Of a stretch of DNA of 64,000 nucleotides, positions 32,949 to 47,099 are shown in pieces. The translations under genes were made by a program, and so were the position numbers. The notes under the pieces are model-generated. The model was given only the letters and a program-made list of their open reading frames with translations. It was not told the origin of the DNA and searched no databases. The stretch's first letter is position 1. Every line of letters begins with the position of its first letter. Origin of the DNA: Eledone cirrhosa (lineage: Eukaryota); contig OZ024746.1 in the NCBI GenBank assembly GCA_964016885.1, positions 3,658,001 through 3,722,000 on the forward strand. The letters are read 5' to 3'.

Positions 32949-33921
32949 ACATTATGTCTTGTAAAAAAGACAGGATAATCATGACTGGAACGCCTTTGAT
33001 AATAGTAGGTTTGTTCAATTGGGGCTGAAGTGTGTGTTCTGGCATATAGGAGCACGTCAGTGTATAATGTAGGAGGTTTGTGAGGTACTTATGCTGTGAC
33101 AAATCACGCTATGACTGTAAAGTAGTTTCACTGTGACAAATCCTGTTTGATGGAATCCAGAAGTGAGCTGCTTGTGTTCTTTGTGCTGCAATTCTTCTCA
33201 GTGTTGGCGCTCAACAACAGTTAATCAATATGTGTAAAATGCAGTGAAAAATCAACATGGGAGTAAGCAGTCTTAAACAATACCAACAAAAGAACAAATG
33301 AAACAAACTAAATAATAAGATAATAAAAACAACGAAGAAAACAAAACAATACCAAGGAACAAGTACATTATCAGGAATAATAATCATAAAAAATATTAAT
33401 GTTTGAAATCAACAAAACTAGAGCAATAGTCATTGAGACTTTTAGTGTGTGGCGAAACAGGTTTTTCACGAAGTAATTTTGTGGTTTTTGACTGTTGTTT
33501 TTCCTTCTTTGATTTGTATTTTTCCACTGTGTACTATGTCTATAATAGAGCTTAACGTGTTTTGGTTCTTGCGTTACACACACATGGTTATTGTCCGAAT
33601 TTATTGAAGAGAAGGAGGTAGATAGATACAGAGTAAGAGAGAGGTAAAGTGTGGGAATTGACTGGGTTTTAGTAAGACGAGGACAATGAATTATGGGGAA
33701 CGCTAGATAAAGTCATTCACTGATGGCCTTTTATTTAAACCAATTTATCAATGTTGATGAGAAGTGTTTTTTACGGTGATTAGAACACTTATTGATCTGG
33801 TTCAATTGTAGATAACGATAAATCGGTTAATGTTGAGAGAGAGAGGGAGAGGGGGGTGAGAGGATAGGGGCAATGTAGGAACTTAGAAGAAAGTAAATAT
33901 GACGGGGTTACAATAGAAAAA

Positions 33922-34126
<205 letters not shown>

Positions 34127-34375
34127 GATCTAGAAATAAATAATTTATTTTCTAAGTAGAAAGTTTCAGCTTTAGCTTCATCTTGCTGCACCCTGTGATG
34201 GGCTGAAATGTTTAAATAACTTTTTGTAGGTCAGGAGAGTGGTAGAGGTGGGGACGGTCAGGGAATTTGTTTATATGTCTGTGTGTACGTGTGTGTACGT
34301 GTGCGTACGTGTCTGTAGGTGTGTTTATGTAAGTTTGATGTTTGATTGGTTTTAATTGGATGTTTTACGTGCGTG

Positions 34376-34441
<66 letters not shown>

Positions 34442-34442
<1 letters not shown>

Positions 34443-34618
34443 TTTCTACTTTTGGCACAAGGCCAGCGATTACCCCTGTGCATTACTGGTATATTATTTT
34501 ATCGACCTCGTAAGGATGAAAGGCAAAGTTAACCTCGGCGGATTTGAACTCAGAACGCAAAGGGCCATAACTATGCTGCAAATCATGGTGTCTGAGGCTC
34601 TACGGATACTGCCAAACC
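34442..34618 (-). mobile_element. SINE family A
   Basis: Homologous to 19860-20050. Confidence 0.8.
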
Positions 34619-34781
34619 ATATATATATATAAAGAGAGAGAGAGAGAGAGAGGGGAGAGAGAGAGAGAGAGAGAGAGAGAGTTGGTTATAAGCTGTAAGG
34701 AATGGGAAATAGATATAAACCAGTCGAGAGAGAGGAGGGAAGTATGAGAGAGTGAAAGAGAGAGAGAGAAGGGAGAGTATA

Positions 34782-34876
<95 letters not shown>

Positions 34877-35267
34877 GATGCGAGATAGAGAGAGCTAAAA
34901 GAGGGAAGGAGTGAACTTATATGAACTGTTTTATCATGATTTATGTGATGTTTCGAAAATATGGCCAACCCTGCACATCAAATGATTTATTTACTCAGAT
35001 ACAATGCTTCAGACCATCAAGAATTAATTGAGAAGCATATACAATATGTTGTTGTATAATAAATATACACAAGTCTCGCTATGGGTGTTTTAAGCTGTTA
35101 TCATGTCACATCAACCCCGGTAGGTCTACGTTTTCATGGTTGATCTTTGGCTAAACAACAAAACATGATTAAGGATTGGAACCGCGTTTACATATAATGG
35201 CGTCAGTCAGTCAATCATTTTGACAGATATTTATTTACACCTTAACATTATGTAATAGGCAGCAATT

Positions 35268-38200
35268 TGGTAGAACGTTGGATAGAATGGTAGAGTGGTT
35301 AGAACGTCAGATAGAATGGTAGAGTGGTTAGAACGTCAGATAGAATGGTAGATTGGTTAGAACGTCAGATAGAATGGTAGAGTGGTTAGAACGTCAGATA
35401 GAATGGTAGAGTGGTTAGAACGTCAGATAGAATGGTAGATTGGTTAGAACGTCAGATAGTATGGTAGAGTGGTTAGAACGTCAGTTAGAATGGTAGTGAT
35501 TAGAACGTTGGATAGAATGGTAGAGTGGTTAGAACGTCAGATAGAATGGTAGATTGGTTAGAACGTCAGATAGAATGGTAGATTGGTTAGAACGTCAGAT
35601 AGAATGGAAGAGTGGTTAGAACGTCAGTTAGAATGGTAGTGATTAGAACGTCAGATAGAATGGTAGTGATTAGAACGTCAGATAGAATGGTAGTTTGGTT
35701 AGAACGTCAGATAGAATGGTAGATTGGTTAGAACGTCAGATAGAATGGTAGAGTGGTTAGAACGTCAGATAGAATGGTAGTGATTAGAACGTCAGATAGA
35801 ATGGTAGAGTGGTTAGAACGTCAGATAGAATGGTAGAGTGGTTAGAACGTCAGTTAGAATGGTAGAGTGGTTAGAACGTCAGATAGAATGGTAGATTGGT
35901 TAGAACGTCAGTTAGAATGGTAGAGTGGTTAGAACGTCAGATAGAATGGTAGATTGGTTAGAACGTCAGATAGAATGGTAGAGTGGTTAGAACGTCAGAT
36001 AGAATGGTAGAGTGGTTAGAACGTCAGTTAGAATGGTAGAGTGGTTAGAACGTCAGATAGAATGGTGGTTAGAACGTCAGATAGAATAGTAGAGTGGTTA
36101 GAACGTTGGATAGAATGGTAGAGTGGTTAGAACGTCAGATAGAATGGTAGAGTGGTTAGAACGTTGGATAGAATGGTAGAGTGGTTAGAACGTTGGATAG
36201 AATGGTAGAGTGGTTAGAACGTCAGATAGAATGATAGTCGTTAGAACGTTGGATAGAATGGTAGTCGTTAGAACGTTGGATAGAATGGTAGTCGTTAGAA
36301 CGTCAGATAGAATGGCAGTCGTTAGAACGTCAGATAGAATGGAAGTCGTTAGAACGTTGGATAGAATGGTAATCGTTAGAACGTTAGATAGAATGGCAGA
36401 GTGGTTAGAACGTTGGATAGAATGGTAGTCGTTAGAACGTTGGATAGAATGGTAGTCGTTAGAACGTCAGATAGAATGGTAGAGTGGTTAGAACGTCAGA
36501 TAGAATGGTAGAGTGGTTAGAACGTCAGATAGAAAGGTAGAGTGGTTAGAACGTCAGATAGAATGGTAGAGTGGTTAGAACGTCAGATAGAATGGTAGAT
36601 TGGTTAGAACGTCAGATAGTATGGTAGAGTGGTTAGAACGTCAGTTAGAATGGTAGTGATTAGAACGTCAGATAGAATGGTAGAGTGGTTAGAACGTCAG
36701 ATAGAATGGTAGATTGGTTAGAACGTCAGATAGAATGGTAGATTGGTTAGAACGTCAGATAGAGTGGTAGAGTGGTTAGAACGTCAGTTAGAATGGTAGT
36801 GATTAGAACGTCAGATAGAATGGTAGAGTGGTTAGAACGTCAGATAGAATGGTAGAGTGGTTAGAACGTCAGTTAGAATGGTAGAGTGGTTAGAACGTCA
36901 GATAGAATGGTAGATTGGTTAGAACGTCAGTTAGAATGGTAGAGTGGTTAGAACGTCAGATAGAATGGTAGATTGGTTAGAACGTCAGATAGAATGGTAG
37001 AGTGGTTAGAACGTCAGATAGAATGGTAGAGTGGTTAGAACGTCAGTTAGAATGGTAGAGTGGTTAGAACGTCAGATAGAATGGTAGAGTGGTTAGAACG
37101 TCAGATAGAATGGTAGAGTGGTTAGAACGTCAGTTAGAATGGTAGAGTGGTTAGAACGTCAGATAGAATGGTAGAGTGGTTAGAACGTCAGATAGAATGG
37201 TAGAGTGGTTAGAACGTCAGATAGAATGGTAGAGTGGTTAGAACGTCAGTTAGAATGGTAGTGATTAGAACGTCAGATAGAATGGTAGAGTGGTTAGAAC
37301 GTCAGATAGAATGGTAGATTGGTTAGAACGTCAGATAGAATGGTAGAGTGGTTAGAACGTCAGATAGAATGGTAGAGTGGTTAGAACGTTGGATAGAATG
37401 GTAGAGTGGTTAGAACGTCAGATAGAATGATAGAGTGGTTAGAACGTTGGATAGAATGGTAGAGTGGTTAGAACGTCAGATAGAATGGTAGAGTGGTTAG
37501 AACGTTGGATAGAATGGTAGAGTGGTTAGAACGTCAGATAGAATGGTAGAGTGGTTAGAACGTCAGTTAGAATGGTAGAGTGGTTAGAACGTCAGATAGA
37601 ATGGTAGAGTGGTTAGAACGTCAGATAGAATGGTAGAGTGGTTAGAACGTCAGTTAGAATGGTAGATTGGTTAGAACGTCAGATAGAATGGTAGAGTGGT
37701 TAGAACGTCAGATAGAATGGTAGAGTGGTTAGAACGTCAGATAGAATGGTAGAGTGGTTAGAACGTCAGTTAGAATGGTAGTGATTAGAACGTCAGATAG
37801 AATGGTAGAGTGGTTAGAACGTCAGATAGAATGGTAGATTGGTTAGAACGTCAGATAGAATGGTAGAGTGGTTAGAACGTCAGATAGAATGGTAGAGTGG
37901 TTAGAACGTTGGATAGAATGGTAGAGTGGTTAGAACGTCAGATAGAATGATAGAGTGGTTAGAACGTTGGATAGAATGGTAGAGTGGTTAGAACGTCAGA
38001 TAGAATGGTAGAGTGGTTAGAACGTTGGATAGAATGGTAGAGTGGTTAGAACGTCAGATAGAATGGTAGAGTGGTTAGAACGTCAGATAGAATGGTAGAG
38101 TGGTTAGAACGTTGGATAGAATGGTAGAGTGGTTAGAACGTCAGATAGAATGGTAGAGTGGTTAGAACGTTGGATAGAATGGTAGAGTGGTTAGAACGTC

Positions 38201-38855
38201 AGATAGAATGGTAGAGTGGTTAGAACGTTGGATAGAATGGTAGAGTGGTTAGAACGTTGGATAGAATGGTAGAGTGGTTAGAACGTCAGATAGAATGGTA
38301 GAGTGGTTAGAACGTTGGATAGAATGGTAGAGTGGTTAGAACGTTGGATAGAATGGTAGAGTGGTTAGAACGTCAGATAGAATGATAGTCGTTAGAACGT
38401 TGGATAGAATGGTAGTCGTTAGAACGTTGGATAGAATGGTAGTCGTTAGAACGTCAGATAGAATGGCAGTCGTTAGAACGTCAGATAGAATGGAAGTCGT
38501 TAGAACGTTGAATAGAATGGTAATCGTTAGAACGTTAGATAGAATGGCAGAGTGGTTAGAACGTTGGATAGAATGGTAGTCGTTAGAACGTTGGATAGAA
38601 TGGTAGTCGTTAGAACGTCAGATAGAATGGTAGAGTGGTTAGAACGTCAGATAGAATGGTAGTCGTTAGAACGTTGGATAGAATGGTAGTCGTTAGAACG
38701 TCAGATAGAATGGTAGAGTGGTTAGAACGTCAGATAGAATGGTAGTCGTTAGAACGTTGGATAGAATGGTAGTCGTTAGAACGTCAAATAGAATGGTAGA
38801 GTGGTTAGAACTTTGGATAGAATGGTAGAGTGGTTAGAACGTCAAATAGAATGGT
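35268..38855 (+). repeat. 29-bp (27-bp variant) minisatellite TGGTAGAGTGGTTAGAACGTCAGATAGAA, about 120-125 copies
   Basis: Period 29 (GATAGAATGG at 35281, 35310 and onward); the variant block near 36210 is repeated near 38361. Confidence 0.95.
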
Positions 38856-38952
38856 TTGAGAACGATTGAGTGTGCTTTGAAAAAACAATCGACTCTTATT
38901 TCTAGCGAATCTAAGGTAGCTAAGCGGTATGTCACATCTGATATGTCGTTAA

Positions 38953-39287
38953 CCCTTTCATGATTGCATTTCTAATGAAATACACTCCATTTTAATTAAT
39001 GAAGAATTTTGAGGGATTTACTGAAATTATTAATTATTTCATTACTAACTTAATTATGTTGGAAGATTTTAATTTAAATTAGAAACCTTTAAAACGGGTG
39101 GCTTTATTTCATAGAACCAGGACTGGTTTAGCTAAAATTATTATTTCATTACTAAGATAGTAACTTAATGTAAGGTTCTTATATAAAATTATGTTGGAAG
39201 ATTTTAATTTAAATTGGAAACCTTTAAAACGGGGGGTTTTATTTCATAGAACCAGAGCTGGTTTTGGCTGGGTTGGTAACTAAAGGG
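38953..39287. mobile_element. piggyBac-type non-autonomous element with locally duplicated right end
   Basis: TTAA|CCCTTT at 38949-38958 and AAAGGG|TTAA at 39282-39291 (again near 39346); internal tandem duplications. Confidence 0.55.
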
Positions 39288-39696
39288 TTAAAATGGGTGT
39301 TTTTATTTCATAGAACCAGAGCTGGTTTTGGCTGGGTTGGTAACTAAAGGGTTAAAATGGGTGCTTTTATTTCACAGAACCAGAGCATGTTTTGGCTGGT
39401 TATAATTTCTATGTTACCTATAACTTAAAACAGGTGGTTTGTGTTGGTAAAACGTACAAAATAAAGTTAATAGGTTTGGATAAATTATTATGCTTTGAAA
39501 TGAAGTAGAAGCTGGTCCTTCATCTAGAAAGAAAAGTGTCAGCCCTAGAATGTCAGATTTCTTTTCTCCACTCACACAAAGAAAAGGACACGTGAGCTGA
39601 TCACAACTTGAACACCATCTATCATAGAACTGCTCGGGAGCAAATTGGAGCTAACTAAGAGCATATTCACATGCAAACATACGCACAAAGATATGT

Positions 39697-39742
<46 letters not shown>

Positions 39743-39760
39743 ACACACACAAACACACAC

Positions 39761-39843
<83 letters not shown>

Positions 39844-39858
39844 AATGTGTGTGTGTGT

Positions 39859-39915
<57 letters not shown>

Positions 39916-40182
39916 CGAGAGCGAGCAGTACTAGGCGTTGCTTGGGTGGAGTTGTATGACTGTAAATAGTTGTATCTCATTAAAATATGTAGCAACAAGT
40001 GAAACCCAGATTTTATATTTTAGTTTTGGATAAATTCCATAAACACCGATAATAGGACAAGAAGTAAGATAACATTAATAAATTACAAAGTAATTCCACA
40101 GTGAAGCAGTTTTGGTGAATTACAACAGTTTAGGCTCACTGCATAGTTCAGCTAGATGCATGTAGAAGTGTGTACATTCACG

Positions 40183-40223
<41 letters not shown>

Positions 40224-40225
<2 letters not shown>

Positions 40226-41104
40226 AGGTGTGTCAGAAAAGTTCCAGGACTGATGTCACAAAAGATTTATTTCAAACCCAAACTTCACACTAAGAGTTTT
40301 CTCCTTCAAAGTAATCCCCCTGGAGTCTAATGCACTTTTCCATCCTTTTCTGCCACGCTTGCATGCACTCCTGGTAGGATTCTTCCGGGATCCTCCGCAG
40401 TTCCGTCGTCACGGCCTTTTTGATGTCGTCCACGTCTTCAAAACGGGTCCCCACGGGTCGTACTCGAAGATACATGACTCATGACTGTCCTTAGCAAGTC
40501 TGGTTCGGTTTCAAGACGCTCGAGGATGTCCTGGCACACTTGCATGCGTCGACCCTTCTGGTCATCGTTCAGCAGTTTTGGCACCATCTTCGCGCAGACT
40601 TTCCGCATGTCCAAATCTTCAGTGAGAATCTTCCAGACGCTGTCCCGATTCATGCCCAGTTCTTTTGCCATCAGTTGAACAGTCAGCCGACGATCGCTAC
40701 GCACCATCTGCCTGACGCGCTCAACGTTGACCTCAGTCCTGGTTGTTGAGGGCCTTCCGCTCCTGGAGTCATCTTCAACGTCCCTGCGCCCTTCTTTAAA
40801 CCTCTTGCACCACTCAAAAACACGTGAGCGTGACATCGTCTCATCTCTATACACTTGCTGCAGCAATTCCAGTGCTTCAAACGGAGTTTTCCCCAACCGT
40901 ACCAGAAACTTCAGGTTTGTTCGTTGCTCTGTGCTCATTGCTTGTAGACCTGAAACAGAGGACATGTATATACAATTATGAAGAAAAAGGTTTGATTACA
41001 TACTCCAGGGGGATTACTTTGAAGGAGAAAACTCTTAGTGTGAAGTTTGGGTTTGAAATAAATCTTTTGTGACATCAGTCCTGGAACCTTTCTGTCACAC
41101 CTCG
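40224..41104 (-). mobile_element. Internally deleted mariner (Tc1/mariner) element with ~103-bp inverted ends
   Basis: IRs 40224-40326 and 41002-41104, TA at 41105-41106. Transposase remnants EQRTNLKF..SRVFEWCKRFKEGR..RSGRP..KVCAKMVPKLL and [27 protein letters not shown]. Confidence 0.92.
40290..40965 (-). pseudogene. Mariner transposase pseudogene (DNA-binding region and C-terminus kept, catalytic core deleted)
   Basis: ORFs 40438-40965 and 40290-40475; sequence jumps from ..FEYDP to GTRFEDV.. Confidence 0.88.
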
Positions 41105-41109
41105 TATAC

Positions 41110-41197
<88 letters not shown>

Positions 41198-41268
41198 TAA
41201 TATATATATATAATATATATCTATAATATATATCTATAATATATATATATAATATATATATATAATAT

Positions 41269-41338
<70 letters not shown>

Positions 41339-41341
<3 letters not shown>

Positions 41342-41548
41342 GTAGAACACTGGAAGGTAATATCCGTAGTGGTAGAGCACTCAGTCCATGGGACGAGTTA
41401 GGTAGAAGTGGTTACACAACAGTTAGTTCACCATACCGAGAACAATTGTTTCACCTTAGCGGATTCTCAGCTCATAATTCACGACCTGAGGATCCGCTAA
41501 GGTGAAACAATTGTTCTCGGTATGGTGAACTAACTGTTGTGTAACCAC

Positions 41549-41553
<5 letters not shown>
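41339..41553. mobile_element. Fold-back element in (TA)n with a hammerhead motif (family H4)
   Basis: Arms 41403-41470 and 41486-41553. Plus strand CTGAGGA-TCCGCTAAGGT-GAAACAATTGTTC at 41486-41516 with palindromic stem III AACAATTGTT. Confidence 0.8.
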
Positions 41554-41587
<34 letters not shown>

Positions 41588-41754
41588 CAGAAGGGATATT
41601 TAATTTGTTGGTAATTCAACAAATATAAATGTTTATATATAAATGTTTATATATAAATGTTATATATATATAATATATATATATATATATTACATATATA
41701 TATATATATATAAATGTTATATATATATATATATAATATATGTATATATCTTAC

Positions 41755-41925
<171 letters not shown>

Positions 41926-42350
41926 TGTATGTATGCATGTATGTTTATAACTACACTTACACCAATTGAATAAGTGTGTAGATATTTATCAACGACACTT
42001 GAAATCAAATAAGCGTGCACCTCTTTGGTGTCCTCTTTGCGGCCCTAATTCTGGTTGTTGTTTTATCTTCAATGGTGGTTTCATACTTTTTGCCTAAATC
42101 AACTTAGTTTTCTTATGAGAAAGATTTTGCAGCGAAAACAATATTATCTTAAATTCTCTTCAGCGTGTTTTTTTGTGTGATGGTGAGGTGGTTTGATGGG
42201 TGGCATTGCTCGGGGGTGGGTTATTTCAGTCTATCATACTAAATCATCTCACAAATAAACAAGAGAAAGAACCTTATGCTCAACTTGCTAGAAATAGCAA
42301 CCAAATCTCTCAAAGCACATTTTAGCGTTAAAAAAAAACAAGAAACCGTA

Positions 42351-42381
<31 letters not shown>

Positions 42382-42475
42382 CAACTGAAGCACGCACTAG
42401 AGTGTGTAATCCTGGTTATGTAAAAATCCGGCCAAGACAAGAACCCTTTTAACAGAATAGGTACTTGAACAACAC

Positions 42476-42640
42476 TGACCCGAGCAAGATGGTTGGATAA
42501 CATCCATGAACTTGGCTGGTCTTGCCCAGGGATGCAGCCAGATCAGTTGGAGACAGTTACTTCTGACAGGACTCACTGGATGGAGTGTTTGAGGACTCTA
42601 CTCCCAGGACCATATCAGAAATAAGTGGGCGAAGAAGAAA
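42476..42640 (+). mobile_element. RTE-like LINE 3' fragment
   Basis: RARWLDNIHELGWS..QPDQLETVTSDRTHW, GAAGAAG tail; homologous to 17586-17765. Confidence 0.75.
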
Positions 42641-42673
42641 AAGAAAAAAAAAGGAGCAGTGCCAATGATCATT

Positions 42674-42792
42674 ATTCTGAGTTCAAATCCCACCAACGTT
42701 AACTTTGCCTTTCATCCTTACGGGGTCGATAAAATAAAGTACCAGTAATGTACTGGAATAATTGCTGGCCTTGCGCCAAAAGTATAAATAAT
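42674..42792 (+). mobile_element. SINE family A, 5'-truncated
   Basis: TTCTGAGTTCAAATCCC..GCCTTTCATCCTTACGGGGTCGATAAAATAAAGTACCAG. Confidence 0.8.
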
Positions 42793-43649
42793 TATATGCT
42801 CTACGATATAGGAGAGACTAATGCCATTGATGGTCCACTTGAACTGTTGACCTCGGTGGGAAAGGAACGAGCTGAGGTGGATTTCAGGGAGCCGACATTC
42901 TGTGCAGGAAGGACTTGAAGTAATAGTATCTGATAAAACCTTAATGACACATGCTGTGCCGAAACACTCTGGTCATGTAGGAAAAGGATTAAGTATAATT
43001 ATACTATACTCTGTTTTTAACATAAATTCTTTTATATTTGTGGAAACTACGACCACCTGATCGGACCCCCCCCCCACACACACACATATATATATATATA
43101 TACACTCACACACACATATATATATATTGTTTTCTATAAAATGCTATATGTTACACGTATTTAATATACACCACACTTCTACCAACTGTCAGTTCTTCAT
43201 ATATCGTCTAAAGGGTACAAAAAAAGTTTAGACAAAGATTTTAATTTTAACTAAGAATACAATAAATAAAATAAACACGAAAGATTTCTGAAAGTTGTGA
43301 TAACAGATTTAGAAAAGAAGGGAGAGGAAACGAAGAAAACGAAACAAGACAAATAACGACTTTGTTTGTTAAGTGTCTCTTTAAAAACGATCACAAAATA
43401 ATTACAAATGTTTCGAGTCTTTGATCTACTCGTCTCTCCTCAGTATTAAAATACCATTAAAAGTGCTCGGCAAAGCAGTTTCCATTAGGACAAGGCGTTG
43501 TTTTCATATAACTGCTTGACAAAAAAAAAAAAAAAAAAAAAAATATAACACAAAAGAAATTAAATATAAGAAAATACAAACACACATAAATAGATACATA
43601 AATGCATACATACATACAGCTCTACATATATACATCTACACACACACAC

Positions 43650-43694
<45 letters not shown>

Positions 43695-43725
43695 TAGAAA
43701 GGATGAATATATTTATATATATATG

Positions 43726-43873
<148 letters not shown>

Positions 43874-43924
43874 CATACATATATATATATATGTATATAC
43901 ATATAAATATATAAATATATGTAC

Positions 43925-43997
<73 letters not shown>

Positions 43998-44249
43998 CGT
44001 ATACAAATATACATACGCAGGCACGCGCACGCACACACATATATATGTATGTCGGTGTGTGTGTATAAAACGTGCGTAAATATGAAAAAAATAAAAAGGT
44101 GTTAGCAATGCGGTGAAGGAGAGACGTCGGTTGTGTATACTGGAGTGGTGGCACTCTTACTGGTTTGGAGGTGGACCACGTGACACTAGAGTTAGCTCCA
44201 GCTGGGGAGACTTGGGCTAAATATCGTTTGGTATTGTTTCTTTTTTGAT

Positions 44250-44790
44250 GTTGGTGTCGGTGGTGGTGGTGGGGGGGGGGGGGTCAGTGGTGGTGGTGGT
44301 GGTGTCAGTGGTGGTGGTGTCGGTGGTGGTGGTGTCAGTGGTGGTGGTGTCGGTGGTGGTGGTGGTGGTGGTGGTGGTGGTAGTGGTGGTAGTGGTGGTG
44401 GTGGTGGTGGTGGTGGTGTCGGTGGTGGTGGTGTCACTGGTGGTGGTGTCGGTGTTGGTGGTGGTGGTGGTGGTGGTGGTGTCAGTGGTGGTGTCGGTGG
44501 TGGTGGTGGTGGTGGTGGTGGTGGTAGTGGTGGTAGTGGTGGTGGTGGTGGTGGTGGTGGTGTCGGTGGTGGTGGTGGTGGTGGTGTCAGTGGTGGTGGT
44601 GGTATTGGTGGTGGTGGTGTCAGTGGTGGTGGTGTCGGTGGTGGTGGTGGTGGTGGTGGTGGTAGTGGTGGTGGTGTCGGCGGCGGCGGTGGTGGTGCTG
44701 GTGTGTGTGTGTGTGTGGGGGGGGGGGGGGGTTGTCATGGTTGTCATGGTTGTCATGGTGGTGGTGGTGGTGGTGGTGGTGGTGGTGGTG
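44250..44790. repeat. (GGT)n trinucleotide-rich tract
   Basis: Direct inspection. Confidence 0.95.
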
Positions 44791-44869
44791 CGAGTTATGG
44801 CACACACTTGATGTTTATACTCTGTTTTCATTTTCTGAATCTGTCCCTCCTTTCCTCTACATCAATAAA

Positions 44870-44942
44870 TAATTGTTTCTACTTTTGGCACAAGGCCAGC
44901 AATTGTCCCAGTACATTACTGGTACTTTATTTTATCAACCCT
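44870..44942 (-). mobile_element. SINE family A 3' fragment
   Basis: AATTGTTTCTACTTTTGGCACAAGGCCAGC..ACTGGTACTTTATTTTATC. Confidence 0.75.
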
Positions 44943-45603
44943 GGAAATATTTTAACTTAGAATGTAAAGATCCGTAATTAAAAGTCGCAACAAGTTTCCT
45001 TTATGACGTAATATAAGGTAGAACATCGGATAGAATGCTGAAGACAACTTTGCCTGTCAACCTTTTCAGGTCGATAATTAAATTATCAATCCAGTTTAGG
45101 AGTAAATCCTTCCTCTTTATATCTTTCTCAGTTCTCCCTCTCTCCCACTCACTCTGTCTCTCTTTGTACCTGAAAGAAATCGACTGTGTTCATACTTGGT
45201 AAAGGGATGAGATTCGCCAGGTTTAAAGAGCCCCATAACATGCCATATCTTATTACGGTACCCGCTACGATTTCAACATGAGTTACAGCCCCCATACATA
45301 TGAGTATAATATTAATAGAGCATAGTAAAGCATTGTTTGAATTTGGAAACAAGTGAGCGTTATATAGTGCTTCTTTACACAACGAATTCACTCAAGGAAT
45401 TCTTCTCTCGTACATAATTTATTTAGTTCAGGTAAGATTTAAATAAAATCCAAACTTGCAGACAACAATACTTAATTGTATGGCCAGCACTTTCCTGGAT
45501 GATTTATATGAGTTTTATAACATACAGTAGTAACACCCTCAGACACTCATTGATAATAACTTAGAAATACACACACAACCATAATACATACTAAATCTGA
45601 AAA

Positions 45604-45800
45604 ACACACTCACAAACACATATGCACACACATACACACTCACAAACACATATGCATTCACAAAAACACACATACCCACTCACAAACACATATGCATACA
45701 CAAAAACACACATACACACTCACAAACACATATGCATACACAAAAACACACATACACACTCACAAACACATATGCATACACAAAAACACGCATACACATA
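45604..45800. repeat. 40-bp CA-rich tandem repeat
   Basis: CACAAACACA at 45641, 45681, 45721 and 45761. Confidence 0.85.
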
Positions 45801-45859
45801 TATCCGCTTAATTTTGACGGTCGCGAGAATGAATACTCAATATCACAGTAGCGTTGTGT

Positions 45860-46105
45860 GATGACCCTGTGAGTGACCCTGTGAGTGACCCTGCGAGTGA
45901 CCCTGTGAGTGACCCTGTAAGAGACCCTGTGAGTGACCCTATGAGTGACCCTGAGAGTTACCCTATGAGTGACCCTGTGAGTGACCCTGCGATTGTCTCT
46001 GTGAGTGATACTGTGACTGACCCTGTGATTGACGCTGTGAATGAACCTGTGAGTGACCCTGTGAGTGACCCTGTGAGTGACCCTGTGAGTGAACCCGGTG
46101 ATTGA
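45860..46105. repeat. 12-bp minisatellite (GTGAGTGACCCT)
   Basis: Direct inspection, about 20 units. Confidence 0.9.
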
Positions 46106-46373
46106 TCCCGCGAGAACTACGCTAAGGATACACGTGACCATGTGATACTTAATTACTTGTACGTTACTTTCATGAGCAGGCTGTTCCGTTGCTCCACTGG
46201 AACACACGACATCGGAAGAGATGGCGATCTAACACGTCCCCTTCTAGATTCTGCTAGTAACCTCAGCGAAAGAAGGTGATGTGGAATCAGCCAGAGTGAG
46301 ACTAAAGCAGCCTATACACGCTGCTCGACCTGTTAGAATGAGCAACCAAATCTCTTTAAAAGTTCATACTTTA

Positions 46374-46461
46374 AGCGTCTCCCTTGCCGTCCCCTAGGGA
46401 AAGGTCTTCTCTATTCTGTCCGCCGGGGCTGTGGGGAGGCCACCAATATGATTGACTGACT

Positions 46462-46463
<2 letters not shown>
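46374..46463 (+). mobile_element. Extreme 3' end of a CRE-like non-LTR element, abutting (TA)n
   Basis: TATTCTGTCCGCCGGGGC..GGCCACCAATATGATTGACTGA shared with 49757-49806. Confidence 0.6.
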
Positions 46464-46507
<44 letters not shown>

Positions 46508-46509
<2 letters not shown>

Positions 46510-46702
46510 CGAAGGAAATGTGGTAAGGAACCACTACTAATCTGCAATCACAGAATTACTACTGATTTTTGACAATCACTTTGACCATATATGGAATTAC
46601 CCCTTGAGAAGATCGGCTATTTAAATACCAGGATAAATTTTCATTTAGTCCAGAATTAGCCGTCAAAACGGCTTGAGCTCAGCCGTCGGGGTCTTACTGG
46701 TT

Positions 46703-46704
<2 letters not shown>
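46508..46704 (+). mobile_element. Family H2 copy with a complete but degenerate hammerhead and an inverted terminal piece
   Basis: ACCCC-TTGAGAAGA-TCGGCTA..TAGCCGTC-AAAACGGCTTGAGCTCAGCCGTC-GGGGT at 46599-46692; 46508-46533 is the inverted family terminus. Confidence 0.7.
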
Positions 46705-46740
<36 letters not shown>

Positions 46741-47099
46741 TAATTACAGCTTATGTCGTGTATTTTCTTCTTATATCTATCTATAAGCAAATATAGTTGA
46801 TGCCTAATTATTGTATACTGGATAAAGGATATAGAGGGAAAAGGTGAGCTGGTTACGGCTTGAATACCGGAAGAAAGATGAAAATTGGCCATTCCTTGTC
46901 TCTGGTATATGTCAAGGATATGGGACAACAGATGTAGTAATAAAGAACCGTCAGAAGAGGTTAAACTAATTTGTTGGTCTGTCTTGTCAAAATATACTTA
47001 AGTCTGCTAGTTGCGTTAGTTACGGCTATTTTCATTAGTTGTCTCTGTTAATGTAGTTAAAAGTTTGTCATAGATGTTAATATTGCTGTTGAAGACATG

